The position numbers and the translations under genes are program-made. Below, in pieces: positions 30,240 to 41,009 of a stretch of DNA of 64,000 nucleotides (positions within the stretch are counted from its first letter, which is position 1; every line of letters begins with the position of its first letter). The notes under the pieces are model-generated. The model ran no database searches, was not told the origin of the DNA, and saw only the letters and a list, made by a program, of their open reading frames with translations. This DNA comes from Gemmatimonadales bacterium (GTDB lineage Bacteria; Gemmatimonadota; Gemmatimonadetes; Gemmatimonadales; GWC2-71-9). The stretch covers positions 32,001-96,000 of the forward strand of contig JBBCJC010000003.1 in assembly GCA_037189525.1 (NCBI GenBank), in the 5' to 3' direction.

Positions 30240-33200
30240 ATGAACAAGTTCTACCGTTCCATGCTGTTCTCCGGCGCATTGGCCGCGGGATTGGCTGCTT
30301 GCGGTGACGACGTCACTGTCGTCGATCCGCCGCCGCCGCCGCCGCCGCCGCCGGCAGTGGTTCGGTCGGTCACGGTTGACCCGAATGGCATCTCGGTCAA
30401 CCCGGGCCAGACCGTCCAGATGACGGCGTCGGTCGTGGCCGATCCGGGCGTTACGCCCACCGTCACCTGGCAGGTGAGTGAAGCCGGCCGCGCCACGATC
30501 AGTGCCGCCGGTCTCTTGACCATTCTGACCGATGCAACTACCGGCCCGGTCGTCGTTCGCGCGACGGCGAGTGGTGGTGCGAATGGTGGTTCCGTCCAGG
30601 GTGCGGCGACTCTCAATGTCGTCGGAACTACGGTCACCTCGGTGACGATCACGCCGCCGACGGCTGTGCTCAACGCGGGCACGTCCATCTCGCCGCCGCA
30701 GAGCCTCCAGGCTGTTGCGGCGGTCGTCGGCACCAACAACCCGCCGCAGACCGTTACGTGGACCTCGCTCGATCCGACTGTCGCGACGGTCAATCCGACC
30801 GACGGCACGATCACGGCGAACAACACGGCCAAGCCGGGCAACGTCGTCATCCGGGCCTGCTCGACGGTCGATACGTCGAAGTGCGGCACGTTGGCGCTCG
30901 TCGTCGTCGTTCCGGACCCGGCCACCGTCCAGGTGCAGTCGGTGACCACCGGTGGTCTGACCACCCCGGTTAACCTGAACAACGTCAACGGCCAGATCGA
31001 AATCGCGCTCAACGTCGAGCCCGGTTCGCGTTCGATCACCCGCGTGGACGCCCTCATCGGCGGTCGCGTCGTGGCCACGCAGAACTTTACGTCCGCCTCC
31101 CCGGCTCCGGTCGCGGCTGAGGGCGCGCCGACGGTGGTGGTGCTCAGCACCAACACGCAGCAGGTGCGTAAGGCCGGGGGTTCGACCGGCGCGCTGGTTC
31201 CGGTGATCTTCAACGGCAACTCCGAGATCACGGCCAACCTGTATGTCCAGGGTTCGACCACGCCGATCGCGTCCAACGCGGTGCCGGTCGTGATGAACAA
31301 CCCGGACCAGCTGGTCCGTCGTTCGTACTCTGAGACCGAGCGTCCGGCGAGCCTGGCTGCGTCGGCTGGTGCGCTCACCGCGGTGTCGCTCATCGACGGT
31401 AACACGTATCACAACGGCTCGCAGGATGTCGACGGCTTCGACTACGTCGCGTTCGGCACCGTGGCTCCGTCCTCGGTCACTCTGAGCGGTAACCTCTGCG
31501 GCGCTTCGTCGAACCTGGTTGATCCGGCGGCGACGGCGGCGGGTGGTGTTGCGCTGACCGGTACGTTTGCCTGCGCGGGTGTCGAGGGTGGCAACACCAT
31601 CAGCGGCGTCGCGGGTGTGTCGTATCCGGCGGGTGCGGTTGGCCCGGATGGTACCTCGCTCGCGCCGGCGGCTGGCATTTCGACCACCGCTTCGGCGTTC
31701 ACCCTCGCGGGTGAGCAGCGCTGGAACGTGGTTCCGCCGACGGTCGGCCCGAACCCGGGTCCGGTCTACGTCGACAACAAGGGTCCGACTGTCGCCATCG
31801 ACAACGTGGCCTTCAACGACAGCTTCGACCAGCCGTGGATCAACGCCGCGTACGCGTTCTCGCAGGATCTGATCGCGGATGACGGCACCTTGATCGGTAC
31901 CGACTCGGTCGGTGTTGGTATCAATTACACCAACTGGCCGCGTGCCCGTGAGTACAACGGTGCCTGCGGCTCCGCGAACCTCGATCCGCAGACGGGTACT
32001 GCCTTCCCGGAGACGGCGGTCAGCGATGGCTCGATCCCGACCGCGCCTGTGGACGGCGGTGGTCGCCGGATCTGCACGTATGCTGAGGACATCCTTGGCA
32101 ATGCGAGCAGCTCGGGTGCGTCGAACTTCTTCGGCGTCGACTTTGAAGCCCCGGTTATCCGCGTCATGGGCGCGACGGCGGCGACTCCGGCTCCGGTTGG
32201 TACGCGGGCCCAGGTGCTTGACTCCACGCTCAACGCCACCATCTACTCCATCGCCACTCCGACCCCGGCTGAGTTCTTCGGTGTCGAGGCGCAGGATGGC
32301 CGGGCTGGCTTCCATCAGGGCGCGCATATCGACGGCTTCCCGGCGAGCTACGTCCTGAACCGTTTCCGGGCGGGCACGCCGCAGACGGTGGGCGCGACGT
32401 TCGCGTCGGGTGCGTTCGGCTTGCCGACGCTCCTCAGCGACACCTACGTCCGTGGCCTCGAACTCCCGATCCAGGGTGGCGCTGCTCCGGCCTCCGGGCT
32501 GGGTGGCGTGGGCTACTACTTCTTCAGCGGCAAGGTCACCGACCGCGCCGGTAACGAGAGCACCACGCTCAGCGCGAACTTCGCGTCTGACGATGTTGCT
32601 CCGCCGAACATCACCGGTCTCGGCTTCATCACCGGCTTCTACACGCCGGGCGCGGCCGCGCCGTTCTCCTTCTCGGCGAACGACGATCTCGAAGTGATCG
32701 ACGGTACGTTGGCTGTGACGCAGAACATCCCGACGGGTGCTGGTACGGCCCTGCGGTATCCCTACGGCACGCTGACCCCGCTGGGCATCCGGTGGGACGA
32801 TCAGATCACGAACATCGTGAACGGCGTCAATGGTGCGGTCCCGTACTTCCTGTTCCGGGTTGACGAGGCCTGCTCCGCGGCTGGTGTGCCGTACGCCGCT
32901 TGCGCGGATCCGGCGACGATCGGCGGGACGACGTTGTCTCCGGCCCCGGTGCCCTACATCACCACCTCGATCCTGGGTGACGTGGCGAACAGCGTCAGCG
33001 CGCTGGCCGATACGACCCAGTACAACAACGCTGGTGCCCTGACGGCGGCTGACAAGCTTCCGGTCTCGGTCTCGGCGAACGTGAACGACGTTGCGGGCCA
33101 GTCGGCCGCTGCGCCGATCTCGGCTCCGATGCTGAACACGCAGTTCAACCCGCAGACCGGTATCACCACCACCGGTGTGTGGGCGCACGCTGACCTCCTT

Positions 33201-33491
33201 GCCTGGAGCGGCGAGGTCGGGACCACGAACATCACGGCGGTGCATGTCGCTTCGACGTCGATCGTGGTGCCGTTCTTCGACCATGCTTCGCTCTGGCGCC
33301 TGTACGGCACCGAGTGGGTCCTCTGCGGTCAGTTCCCGACTCCGGCGCGTACCGACAACGGCGCGCACCGGTTCTACACCTACACCACTCCGATTCCGAC
33401 CACCGGCGCTTGCGCCGCGGCGGGTGGTGGCGACTACCGCGTGATGGGTACGAAGGGCGGCGCTGGTCTGTTCTCGCCGAACTTCAACTAA
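30240..33491 (+). CDS. Large Ig-like-domain surface lipoprotein, candidate major envelope or S-layer protein
   Basis: GGGGGAG RBS, lipobox LAAC, Pro9 linker, two Big_2-like repeats, T/V/G/A-rich, GGT/GCT/GTT codon bias. Confidence 0.85.
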   Translation: MNKFYRSMLFSGALAAGLAACGDDVTVVDPPPPPPPPPAVVRSVTVDPNGISVNPGQTVQMTASVVADPGVTPTVTWQVSEAGRATISAAGLLTILTDATTGPVVVRATASGGANGGSVQGAATLNVVGTTVTSVTITPPTAVLNAGTSISPPQSLQAVAAVVGTNNPPQTVTWTSLDPTVATVNPTDGTITANNTAKPGNVVIRACSTVDTSKCGTLALVVVVPDPATVQVQSVTTGGLTTPVNLNNVNGQIEIALNVEPGSRSITRVDALIGGRVVATQNFTSASPAPVAAEGAPTVVVLSTNTQQVRKAGGSTGALVPVIFNGNSEITANLYVQGSTTPIASNAVPVVMNNPDQLVRRSYSETERPASLAASAGALTAVSLIDGNTYHNGSQDVDGFDYVAFGTVAPSSVTLSGNLCGASSNLVDPAATAAGGVALTGTFACAGVEGGNTISGVAGVSYPAGAVGPDGTSLAPAAGISTTASAFTLAGEQRWNVVPPTVGPNPGPVYVDNKGPTVAIDNVAFNDSFDQPWINAAYAFSQDLIADDGTLIGTDSVGVGINYTNWPRAREYNGACGSANLDPQTGTAFPETAVSDGSIPTAPVDGGGRRICTYAEDILGNASSSGASNFFGVDFEAPVIRVMGATAATPAPVGTRAQVLDSTLNATIYSIATPTPAEFFGVEAQDGRAGFHQGAHIDGFPASYVLNRFRAGTPQTVGATFASGAFGLPTLLSDTYVRGLELPIQGGAAPASGLGGVGYYFFSGKVTDRAGNESTTLSANFASDDVAPPNITGLGFITGFYTPGAAAPFSFSANDDLEVIDGTLAVTQNIPTGAGTALRYPYGTLTPLGIRWDDQITNIVNGVNGAVPYFLFRVDEACSAAGVPYAACADPATIGGTTLSPAPVPYITTSILGDVANSVSALADTTQYNNAGALTAADKLPVSVSANVNDVAGQSAAAPISAPMLNTQFNPQTGITTTGVWAHADLLAWSGEVGTTNITAVHVASTSIVVPFFDHASLWRLYGTEWVLCGQFPTPARTDNGAHRFYTYTTPIPTTGACAAAGGGDYRVMGTKGGAGLFSPNFN
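30327..30353 (+). repeat. (CCG)9 trinucleotide repeat encoding poly-Pro
   Basis: Read directly from the sequence. Confidence 0.95.
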
Positions 33492-33514
33492 TCACAGCGG
33501 CATCGTGAAACAGG

Positions 33515-33547
33515 AGGCCCCGTCGCAAGACGGGGCCTTTTGTTTTT
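33515..33547 (+). terminator. Strong intrinsic terminator
   Basis: AGGCCCCGTC-GCAA-GACGGGGCCT followed by a T-rich tail. Confidence 0.93.
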
Positions 33548-33765
33548 CGGCAAACGCCACTGGAACGAGCGTCCGAGGTCGTCGATACTGGGTGCTATAG
33601 AGGGACGGTGTCGGATGAGGAGAGAAAAGGGGATCACATCACTGACCCGAGGAGAGCCAGCTTACGATGAGCAGATGCTTTCCGAGAGTGGCTTGGTCGA
33701 ACCGTAATAATTCGATGTTTTACTCGCTACCTCGTCGCTGATCTAATGCTAGGCAAACGTCGAGC

Positions 33766-34185
33766 TCAATATCGATGTGGCCGCACAGTAGGATGTCGCT
33801 CGACGACAATACCGTTCGCATGCTCACGCCACTCACTCGTCAGATCATCGGGGTCGTAGCTGACAATCAAGCGGCTGCCGTTCCATGACACCGTGACACC
33901 CTGAATAGCTTCCTCTGAATATTCACCATCGGGACTCGTGTCGAGTATACTGACGATTTTGACAGGGTCATGGCCTGACCTTTCGACTTTTACGACGACG
34001 CCAGGATCAGCGAGCGCACCACAGTTCGTTTCATATATGACAGCGACGACCGTTTCATCGGATAATGGAATGCGTTGAACAGGGACTTCGGTACAGCATG
34101 CAGATGCCCCTATGGGCAACAGCAGACATAAGCTACGGAGTGTGAGAACGGCTCTGTCGCTCATTGCAGGAATCTCCAGTACCAT
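33766..34185 (-). CDS. Low-GC hypothetical lipoprotein (alternative start 34164)
   Basis: Hydrophobic leader with ASAC; NCGA..V.W...L.VSY pattern; atypical composition. Confidence 0.65.
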   Translation of the reverse strand: MVLEIPAMSDRAVLTLRSLCLLLPIGASACCTEVPVQRIPLSDETVVAVIYETNCGALADPGVVVKVERSGHDPVKIVSILDTSPDGEYSEEAIQGVTVSWNGSRLIVSYDPDDLTSEWREHANGIVVERHPTVRPHRY

Positions 34186-34429
34186 CCAGATGTTCCCTTA
34201 GGGGGCATTGGCACAATCAATCTGCAGGCGACCCCCGCCCGCCGGCCTCGAATCATACGTATGTTACCTGGGAAGATAGTATGCGTGCTGTGCCTCTCCG
34301 CTTGGGCAAAACGTAACCGCCGTTCCATAGCTAGGTATTTGAAGTTTCTGGGAATGCTCCGTGCTACATCAACACATGCCCCGTCGAATTGGCGGGGCTT
34401 GTGTGTTAGAGGGTGTTTAGCCGAGCGAC

Positions 34430-34462
34430 AAAAAGCCCGACACGGAACACCGCGCCGGGCCT
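34430..34462 (-). terminator. Intrinsic terminator (minus strand)
   Basis: GGCCCGGCGCGG-UGUU-CCGUGUCGGGCU plus a U-run; pairs fully with G-U only on the minus strand. Confidence 0.8.
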
Positions 34463-34496
34463 TTTGGGGACGAGCCGATCTCGGAGGAAACCGGAC

Positions 34497-35339
34497 TCAG
34501 ACGTTCATGCTGTTCAGATTGGCAAAGAACTGATTGAAGTAGGCCCCGATCGCGGGCGGCCTGGCCTCCGGTCCCATCGACCCCTTGCTCAGGTAGCCGA
34601 GCAGGGTGCCCAGACCTTCCGGGGTATTGGGGACATAGCCGCGGTCGACCGCGTCCAGGAACATCCTGGCCTCGGTGTTGAGCGTGGCGTTGTACTTCCC
34701 AGGGTTGTTGTACTGGTCGTGCTTCAACTCGAGCTGCTTGACCCGGGCGTCGTAAGAGCCATTGATGCCGTGACCTGCGGGAACGCCAGTACCATGGATG
34801 ACCAGCGGCGCCCAATTCACGCCGATCGGCGGCAAGGCCTGGCGTGCGACCGGAGGCTCGGCGGCCGGCGGCGCGATCGGATCGGCCGGGGTATTCTCGG
34901 CGGTGACGGTGCCAGCCCCAGGCTTGCCGACTTCCGGTTCGTCGAGCGCGACTACGACATCATCCGGCACGAAGGAAACCGGGATGTCGAGATCGTCCCC
35001 GCCCAGGTCGATCGGCGCCTCCGTCTCGAGCTTCTCCTGCTCGGCGACGATGATTCCTTCCAGCGTGTCCCGGGTCTCGATGTGAACCTCGGCCACCGGG
35101 AGGTCGGTTGACGGGGCTTCGGCCTTCTCCGTGGCGTCAGGGACCTCAGGCGTCTGTTTCGTGACGATCGTCGGCAAGTGAACCTCGGATGAGTTCTCGG
35201 CCCATCCGGCTGCCTCCCGCAGCGTCTCGGCGAAGGTGCCGTGGTTCTGACTTGCCGGTCGAGCCGTACCGGAATAGGAACGATTTGCCGGCTCATTGAC
35301 CGGGGTCAGCAGCGAGTGCAGCTTTCTCATGACATCCAT
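34497..35339 (-). CDS. Hypothetical acidic, Pro-rich protein
   Basis: GGGAG RBS before ATG 35339, own terminator, coding-like codon usage. Confidence 0.75.
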   Translation of the reverse strand: MDVMRKLHSLLTPVNEPANRSYSGTARPASQNHGTFAETLREAAGWAENSSEVHLPTIVTKQTPEVPDATEKAEAPSTDLPVAEVHIETRDTLEGIIVAEQEKLETEAPIDLGGDDLDIPVSFVPDDVVVALDEPEVGKPGAGTVTAENTPADPIAPPAAEPPVARQALPPIGVNWAPLVIHGTGVPAGHGINGSYDARVKQLELKHDQYNNPGKYNATLNTEARMFLDAVDRGYVPNTPEGLGTLLGYLSKGSMGPEARPPAIGAYFNQFFANLNSMNV

Positions 35340-35524
35340 GTCGTTGTCTCCCAACAACTTGGCGTTTCGGCGCCGAGGCAGGTCCGTGGGCGCTGGTTGT
35401 AATCCCTGACCCCTTGGGTGCAATCGCGGGGCCGAATCACAAAACTGGTCTGAAATTCGGTCATGCTGACCTGGATCATCCCCAGCTGTCTGGGCTCGTG
35501 TCATACCGATGGGGAACGCTGCAA

Positions 35525-37239
35525 ATGCCCTTGGTTAACGTGATGGTGGGCTCCTCCTGCTGGCTGGCACTACAACCCTCGAGGCCCAGCTACAGATACG
35601 TCCCCGGTTCGGAGTTTCCATCCCGATGCGGGATGAGGTAACCCTCGTTGCCGATGTCTGGGTACCCGATACGGTGGGGCGTCACCCGACCGTTCTGATC
35701 CGGACGCCGTACGTGCGCACCGCTCAATTCCGGCGCTACGGCCTCAAGGCCTATCTCGAGCGGGGCTACGCGGTGGTCCTCCAGGACGTGCGCGGTCGTG
35801 GCGACTCGGATGGACGCTTCCGCTTCTACTTTCCCGAGGCCCAAGACGGCTACGATACGATCGAGTGGATCGCGCGACAGCCGTGGTCAAATGGCAAGGT
35901 CGGCATGGACGGCGGGTCATATCTCGCAACGGTGCAGTGGCTTGCTGCGCGCGAGCGGCCGCCCGCGCTCGCCTGCATGATTCCCACTGCGCCTTCCGGC
36001 CGCCTGTTCGACGAACTGCCCTATCAGGGAGGCGCGTTCCGGCTCGAGTGGGCGCTCTCCTGGCTCAACGGCGTTTCGGACCGCAGTGATCAGAATGAAA
36101 CCTGGCAGCTGGGCAGTCCCGATCGCCTGGCAACCCATCGGCCGCTCCTCACGATGGACGAGGCCTTCGGGCGGTCGATGCCGCTCTATCGGGAATTTCT
36201 GACCCACTCGACGCTGGATAACTATTGGCGCCCGCTGCACTTTACCGCGGAGGACTTTGCGCGGATCTCGATCCCCGTCCTCCATGTCACCGGCTGGTAT
36301 GACGGCGATCAGCTGGGTGCGCTCTACTACTGGGATGGGATGGAGGCGCACGGGCCAGTCAAAGACAATCGTCATTTGATCATCGGTCCATGGACGCACG
36401 GGCAGACTTACCTGGGCGGGGCGGAGCGGGTGGGTGCGTTCACCTTTCCGGAAGTATCGACTCTTCCGATCCAGCAGATTCGACTCGACTTCTTCGACGG
36501 TTGCCTCAAAGGGACCGAGCGGTTCGTGGCACCGCGGGTCCGGCTCTTCCTGACAGGGTCCAACCGATGGATCGAGGCGGACCGGTATCCTTTACCGATG
36601 GCTGAGTCGACACCCCTTTATCTCCACAGCGCCGGAAAAGCCAACTCCGCCGCTGGCGATGGCCGGCTGTCGTGGAGTGCGCCGGATACGCAACCGCCTG
36701 ATCGCTACCGGTATGATCCTCGAGATCCCGTTCGTTCCCGCGGGATAGCGACAGACCATCGCCCCGGGCAGCAGCGACAGGACGTTCTTATCTATACCAG
36801 CGAGGTCCTGAAGGATTCGGTCGACGTGGTCGGCCGCGTCTTCGTCAAGCTATACGCGGCAAGCGATGCACGGGATACCGACTTCACGGCCAAGCTGCTG
36901 GACGTGTATCCGGATGGTCGTTCGATCAAACTCGGCCCAACCGATGTCGGGGTGCGGCGAGCCCGCTATCGGAACGGCTATGATCGGGAGGAACTGCTGG
37001 AACCGGGGAAGACGGAGCTCTATACGATCGAGCTGTTCGATATCGGGCATACGTTTCTGCCCGGGCACCGGATTCAGATCGAGGTGTCGAGCAGCGCGTT
37101 CCCGTACATCGATGCGAATACGAATACGGGCAATCCGGTTGCTACGGACACGGCGTTTCGAGTTGCAAATCAGACGATCTATCACGATAACGCCAGGTCG
37201 TCACACGCCCTGCTACCTATTCTCCCACGGCGGCGATGA
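35525..37239 (+). CDS. CocE/NonD family hydrolase (peptidase S15); apparent frameshift in the signal peptide near 35549
   Basis: MRD..L.AD, RTPY, DVRGRGDSDG, nucleophile GGSYL, GPWTH; main frame runs 35626-37239. Confidence 0.9.
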
Positions 37240-37297
37240 GATCGACGATCCCTCGCGATGCAGACTCGTGCCGCGCGTCGTCAGCACCGCGGTTGCA

Positions 37298-38692
37298 TCA
37301 CCCGACGATGTCTGCAGGCAGTCCTGCCTCGAGCGTGACCGATCCCTCTTTCTGAAACCCCGGCCGCCCCATGGCGGCGAACGTCAGCCGCTTACCCAGC
37401 TCCACCCCTGGCTGATCGAACGGATTGACCCCGTACCACACCCCCGCGAAACCGGTGGCGAGCTGCATGAACATGATCAGCTCGCCCAGCATGTCCGCAT
37501 CCAGCCGCGGCAACACCAGGCTGGCATTCATCCGCCCCATCCGCGCCAGCGCCGCCGACGTCGCATCCTGCTCGGCGCGCAGCAGCGAACCGAGCGTATG
37601 GCCCTGGAGGTAGGCCAGCTCCTCTGGCAGGTTCGGGCGATGCGGAATTTCGACATCCTCGCCCGGATCCTCGACTCGGACGAAGGTCACCACCTTGTCG
37701 AACGGTCCCTCCATGAAGAGCTGCACCTGGCTGTGCTGGTCCGTCGCGCCGACGGCACCGACCGGGGTCGGACCCGTGAAGATCGGCTGCCCGCGGCGAT
37801 CGACCTGCTTGCCGAGGCTCTCTGCCCAGAGCTGTACGAACCAGGCCGCAAACTCGCGGAGTCGGTCGCTATAGGGCATCAGCACGTGGATCCGTGCCCC
37901 CAGCCAGGCGTCCGCAGCCCAGAGCAGGGCGGAGTAGAGACCGGCCGGGTTCTTGAGGAGTTCGGGGCGCTGCGCCTCGTTCACCGCGCGTTCGGCTCCG
38001 CGCAACAACGCTTCGATGTCGATTCCGATCAGCGCCGCCGGCAGAAGCCCGACGGGGGTTAGCACGCTGAAACGGCCGCCGACGTCAGGGGGGACCTCGA
38101 GGGCGGCAATGCCTTCGCGAGTGGCGAGTTCGCGGAGCGGACCTTTGACCGGATCGGTCGTAAAGGCCAGGTGTCGCGCCGCTGCATCCGGACCAAGCGC
38201 CTGATCGAGCCAGGCACGCACCACGAGATACTGGGCCAGCGTCTCCGCCGTGCCCCCCGACTTGGAGATCACATTGACCAGCACTCGGCGCGGATCGATC
38301 CGCCGGAGCGCCGCCGCCATCGAGGTCGGGTCGACGTTCTCGAGGATGGTCAAACGCGGGTAATACTCCCGCTCTTCGTCGCTCAGTTCGTTCCAGGCCG
38401 GTGGCTTGAGTGCATTGAGCAGCGCCTTGGTGCCAAGCGCTGAGCCGCCGATGCCGAGCACCAGGACGTGATCGTACGCCTGGCCCACCCCGTCGGCAAA
38501 GCGGCGGATCCCGCGGATCACGTCGGTTTGCGTACCGAGCGACATGAAGCCGTATTCGCCCTGGCCTCGCCGGCTTTCGACGTCCGCCTGGACCGCCGAA
38601 AAACGCTGGCTCAGCTCCTGGAGCCGAGCTCGGCCCAGGCCGTGCTGCCCGTCGAGCTTGTCGGTCAACATCCGTCCGTAGTGCAGCTTCAT
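37298..38692 (-). CDS. pgi: Glucose-6-phosphate isomerase
   Basis: GIGGSALG, SKSGGTAET, VGGRFS, QLWAESLGK, DQHSQ, FDQPGVELGK. Confidence 0.97.
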   Translation of the reverse strand: MKLHYGRMLTDKLDGQHGLGRARLQELSQRFSAVQADVESRRGQGEYGFMSLGTQTDVIRGIRRFADGVGQAYDHVLVLGIGGSALGTKALLNALKPPAWNELSDEEREYYPRLTILENVDPTSMAAALRRIDPRRVLVNVISKSGGTAETLAQYLVVRAWLDQALGPDAAARHLAFTTDPVKGPLRELATREGIAALEVPPDVGGRFSVLTPVGLLPAALIGIDIEALLRGAERAVNEAQRPELLKNPAGLYSALLWAADAWLGARIHVLMPYSDRLREFAAWFVQLWAESLGKQVDRRGQPIFTGPTPVGAVGATDQHSQVQLFMEGPFDKVVTFVRVEDPGEDVEIPHRPNLPEELAYLQGHTLGSLLRAEQDATSAALARMGRMNASLVLPRLDADMLGELIMFMQLATGFAGVWYGVNPFDQPGVELGKRLTFAAMGRPGFQKEGSVTLEAGLPADIVG

Positions 38693-39468
38693 GCGGCGAT
38701 CTCCAGCGTGAGTCCGTCGTACCCCGGTTGGATGCCGTCCGGGAGCGACTCCGCCAGCTTCGCATGCCCGGTTTCGTGGGACAGGTGCGTCAGGTAGGTG
38801 CGCCGCGCCCCGATGGCCTGGGCGGCCTCGATGGCTTCGGGAATACTCTGATGGGTCGGGTGCTGCCGCCACCAGAGCGCGTTGACGATCAGGACGTCGA
38901 GCCCCGCCAGCGCTTCCCGCGCATCCGGCGGGATCGCCTTGACGTCGGTGATATAGGCCAGCCGTCCGATCCGAAAGCCGAGCACATCGACCGGCCCGTG
39001 CAGGAAGGGGAGCGGTAAAACCTCGACACCGGCCACGGTAAACGGACGCCACGGCTCGATCAGGTGCAGTTCGAGCCGCGGTTTCGACGTGCCGGGCACG
39101 GCCACGACACCGGGATCGAAGATGTACTGATACGATTGGAGCAGGAAGTCGCGCGTCATGGCGTTGGCGTAGAGCGGCAGCGGCTCCCGCTTGCGCACCG
39201 AGAAGGCGCGCAGATCATCGATCCCGGCCACGTGATCGGCGTGCTGGTGCGTGAACAGCACGGCATCGGCGGTGGAGACACCCGCGGCCAGGAGCTGAAG
39301 CCGCAGTTCCGGCGGCGTGTCGATCAGGATGGTGCCGCTATCGGTCTCGATCGCGGCGGCTGCACGATACCGCCGATCGCGCGGGTCGGTCGAGTGGCAG
39401 ACGCCGCAGTCGCAGCCGATCTGGGGCACGCCGAACGACGTTCCGGTGCCGAGCAGGGTCAGTCGCAT
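38689..39468 (-). CDS. MBL-fold metallo-hydrolase (PhnP-like)
   Basis: LGTGTSFGVP..CDCGVC, THQHADH, THLSH. Confidence 0.92.
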   Translation of the reverse strand: MRLTLLGTGTSFGVPQIGCDCGVCHSTDPRDRRYRAAAAIETDSGTILIDTPPELRLQLLAAGVSTADAVLFTHQHADHVAGIDDLRAFSVRKREPLPLYANAMTRDFLLQSYQYIFDPGVVAVPGTSKPRLELHLIEPWRPFTVAGVEVLPLPFLHGPVDVLGFRIGRLAYITDVKAIPPDAREALAGLDVLIVNALWWRQHPTHQSIPEAIEAAQAIGARRTYLTHLSHETGHAKLAESLPDGIQPGYDGLTLEIAA

Positions 39469-39490
39469 CTGACGTCCGGCGTCGACCAGG

Positions 39491-40927
39491 TCACACGCTC
39501 TCGATCCGAAGCAGGTTCGTGGTGCCGGCCAGGTCGAACGGCACTCCGGCGGTCACCACGAACCGGTCACCCGGCCAGGCCAGTCCCTTTTTGACGATGA
39601 CTTCGCGGGTCAGCGCGAGCATCGAGTCATAATCGGGACGGCGCTCCACCAGGACCGGGATGACGCCCCAGACCAGCGCCAGTTGCTGGAAGGTGGTGGC
39701 TTCCGGAGTAACGGCAAGAATCGGGACCGAGGGACGATATGACGACACCGTCCGCGCCGTGAAACCGCTGCTGGTCAGGCAGACGATCAGCGGTACATTG
39801 AGCAGGTCGGCAGCTGCGCATACCGCGACCGAGATCGCATCCTCCGTGCTGGCCGTCACGTGCGGCTGCTTGAGCTGTGACGCGGAGGCCTGCCACTCGA
39901 GCGAGTGATCGGTGTGGCTGTGGCGGTGTCCTTCGACCTCGCGGGCAATCTGATCCATCGCGAGGACGGCCTCGAGCGGATAGGCGCCGACCGCGGTTTC
40001 GGCCGAGAGCATCACGGCATCGGTGCCGTCGAGGATGGCATTGGCTACGTCCGACGCTTCGGCCCGGGTGGGGCGGGGCGCCTTGATCATCGACTCGAGC
40101 ATCTGGGTCGCGGTGATGACCGGCTTACCGTGGCGATTGGCTTCCCGGATCAGGCGCTTCTGCACCAGAGGCACCCGCTCGAACGGCAGTTCGACGCCCA
40201 GGTCGCCGCGCGCGACCATGATCCCGTCGGCAGCATCGAGGATGGCCGGCAGGTGGCCCAGCGCGGTGTCCTTCTCGATCTTGGCAATCAGGCGGACATG
40301 CTTGGGCACCAGGCGCCGGAGACCCTCGACGTCCTGCGGCCGGCGCACGAAGCTCATGCCCAGATAGTTGACGCCGAGTTCCACGGCCATCAACGCGTCT
40401 TCGCGATCTTTGGCGGTCAGCGCAGGTGTCGAGACCTCGACCCCGGGCAGGTTGATGCCCTTGTTGGACTTGAGCAGGCCGCCATAGCGCACCGACGCGT
40501 GGACCTTGTTCCCCGCCACGCTGATCACATCCAGGGAAATCAGACCGTCGTCGAGCAGGATGCGGGTGCCGGCCCGGACGTCTTCGGCCAGTTCGCGATA
40601 GGAGGTCGGGATCTCGCCGGACAGCGCTTCATCCTCCGGAGCAAGCACGACCTGCTCACCTTGCGTCAGCATGACCGGATCGGGCAGGTCGCCGACCCGG
40701 ATCCTGGGGCCCTGAAGGTCGACCAGGATGGCGGCGGCCTTTTCCCGGGATCCGAGAATGCCCTTCAATTCGGAAATCCAGCGGTGACGTGTTTCCGGCG
40801 TGCCATGCGACGCGTTGACACGTACTACATCGACGCCGGCATCGAGCATCGCGCGCATGCGCTCGGGTTGATCCCAGGCGGGTCCCAAGGTAGCCACGAT
40901 TTTCGTCCGACGACTTTCTCTTGCCAC
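39491..40927 (-). CDS. pyk: Pyruvate kinase
   Basis: [52 protein letters not shown] start inferred. Confidence 0.97.
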   Translation of the reverse strand: MARESRRTKIVATLGPAWDQPERMRAMLDAGVDVVRVNASHGTPETRHRWISELKGILGSREKAAAILVDLQGPRIRVGDLPDPVMLTQGEQVVLAPEDEALSGEIPTSYRELAEDVRAGTRILLDDGLISLDVISVAGNKVHASVRYGGLLKSNKGINLPGVEVSTPALTAKDREDALMAVELGVNYLGMSFVRRPQDVEGLRRLVPKHVRLIAKIEKDTALGHLPAILDAADGIMVARGDLGVELPFERVPLVQKRLIREANRHGKPVITATQMLESMIKAPRPTRAEASDVANAILDGTDAVMLSAETAVGAYPLEAVLAMDQIAREVEGHRHSHTDHSLEWQASASQLKQPHVTASTEDAISVAVCAAADLLNVPLIVCLTSSGFTARTVSSYRPSVPILAVTPEATTFQQLALVWGVIPVLVERRPDYDSMLALTREVIVKKGLAWPGDRFVVTAGVPFDLAGTTNLLRIESV

Positions 40928-41009
40928 GGATAGCCTCGCTAAGGATGGTCCGGAAAACGGCTCTGGTTTCGGGTTTGGATTGTCTCGGCCGTGTCCGTAA
41001 TCGACGCCT

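Noticed and set aside
30237..33368. 1043-aa antisense ORF opposite the surface lipoprotein
   Set aside because: Shadow ORF caused by the sense gene avoiding TTA/CTA/TCA codons; Arg-rich with no motifs
34198..34263. Toxin C-terminal remnant upstream of the low-GC lipoprotein
   Set aside because: Only 21 open codons with no recognisable motif
35364..35390. Sigma28 promoter for the orphan gene
   Set aside because: GCCGAAAC resembles the -10 element but there is no TAAA -35 at the right spacing
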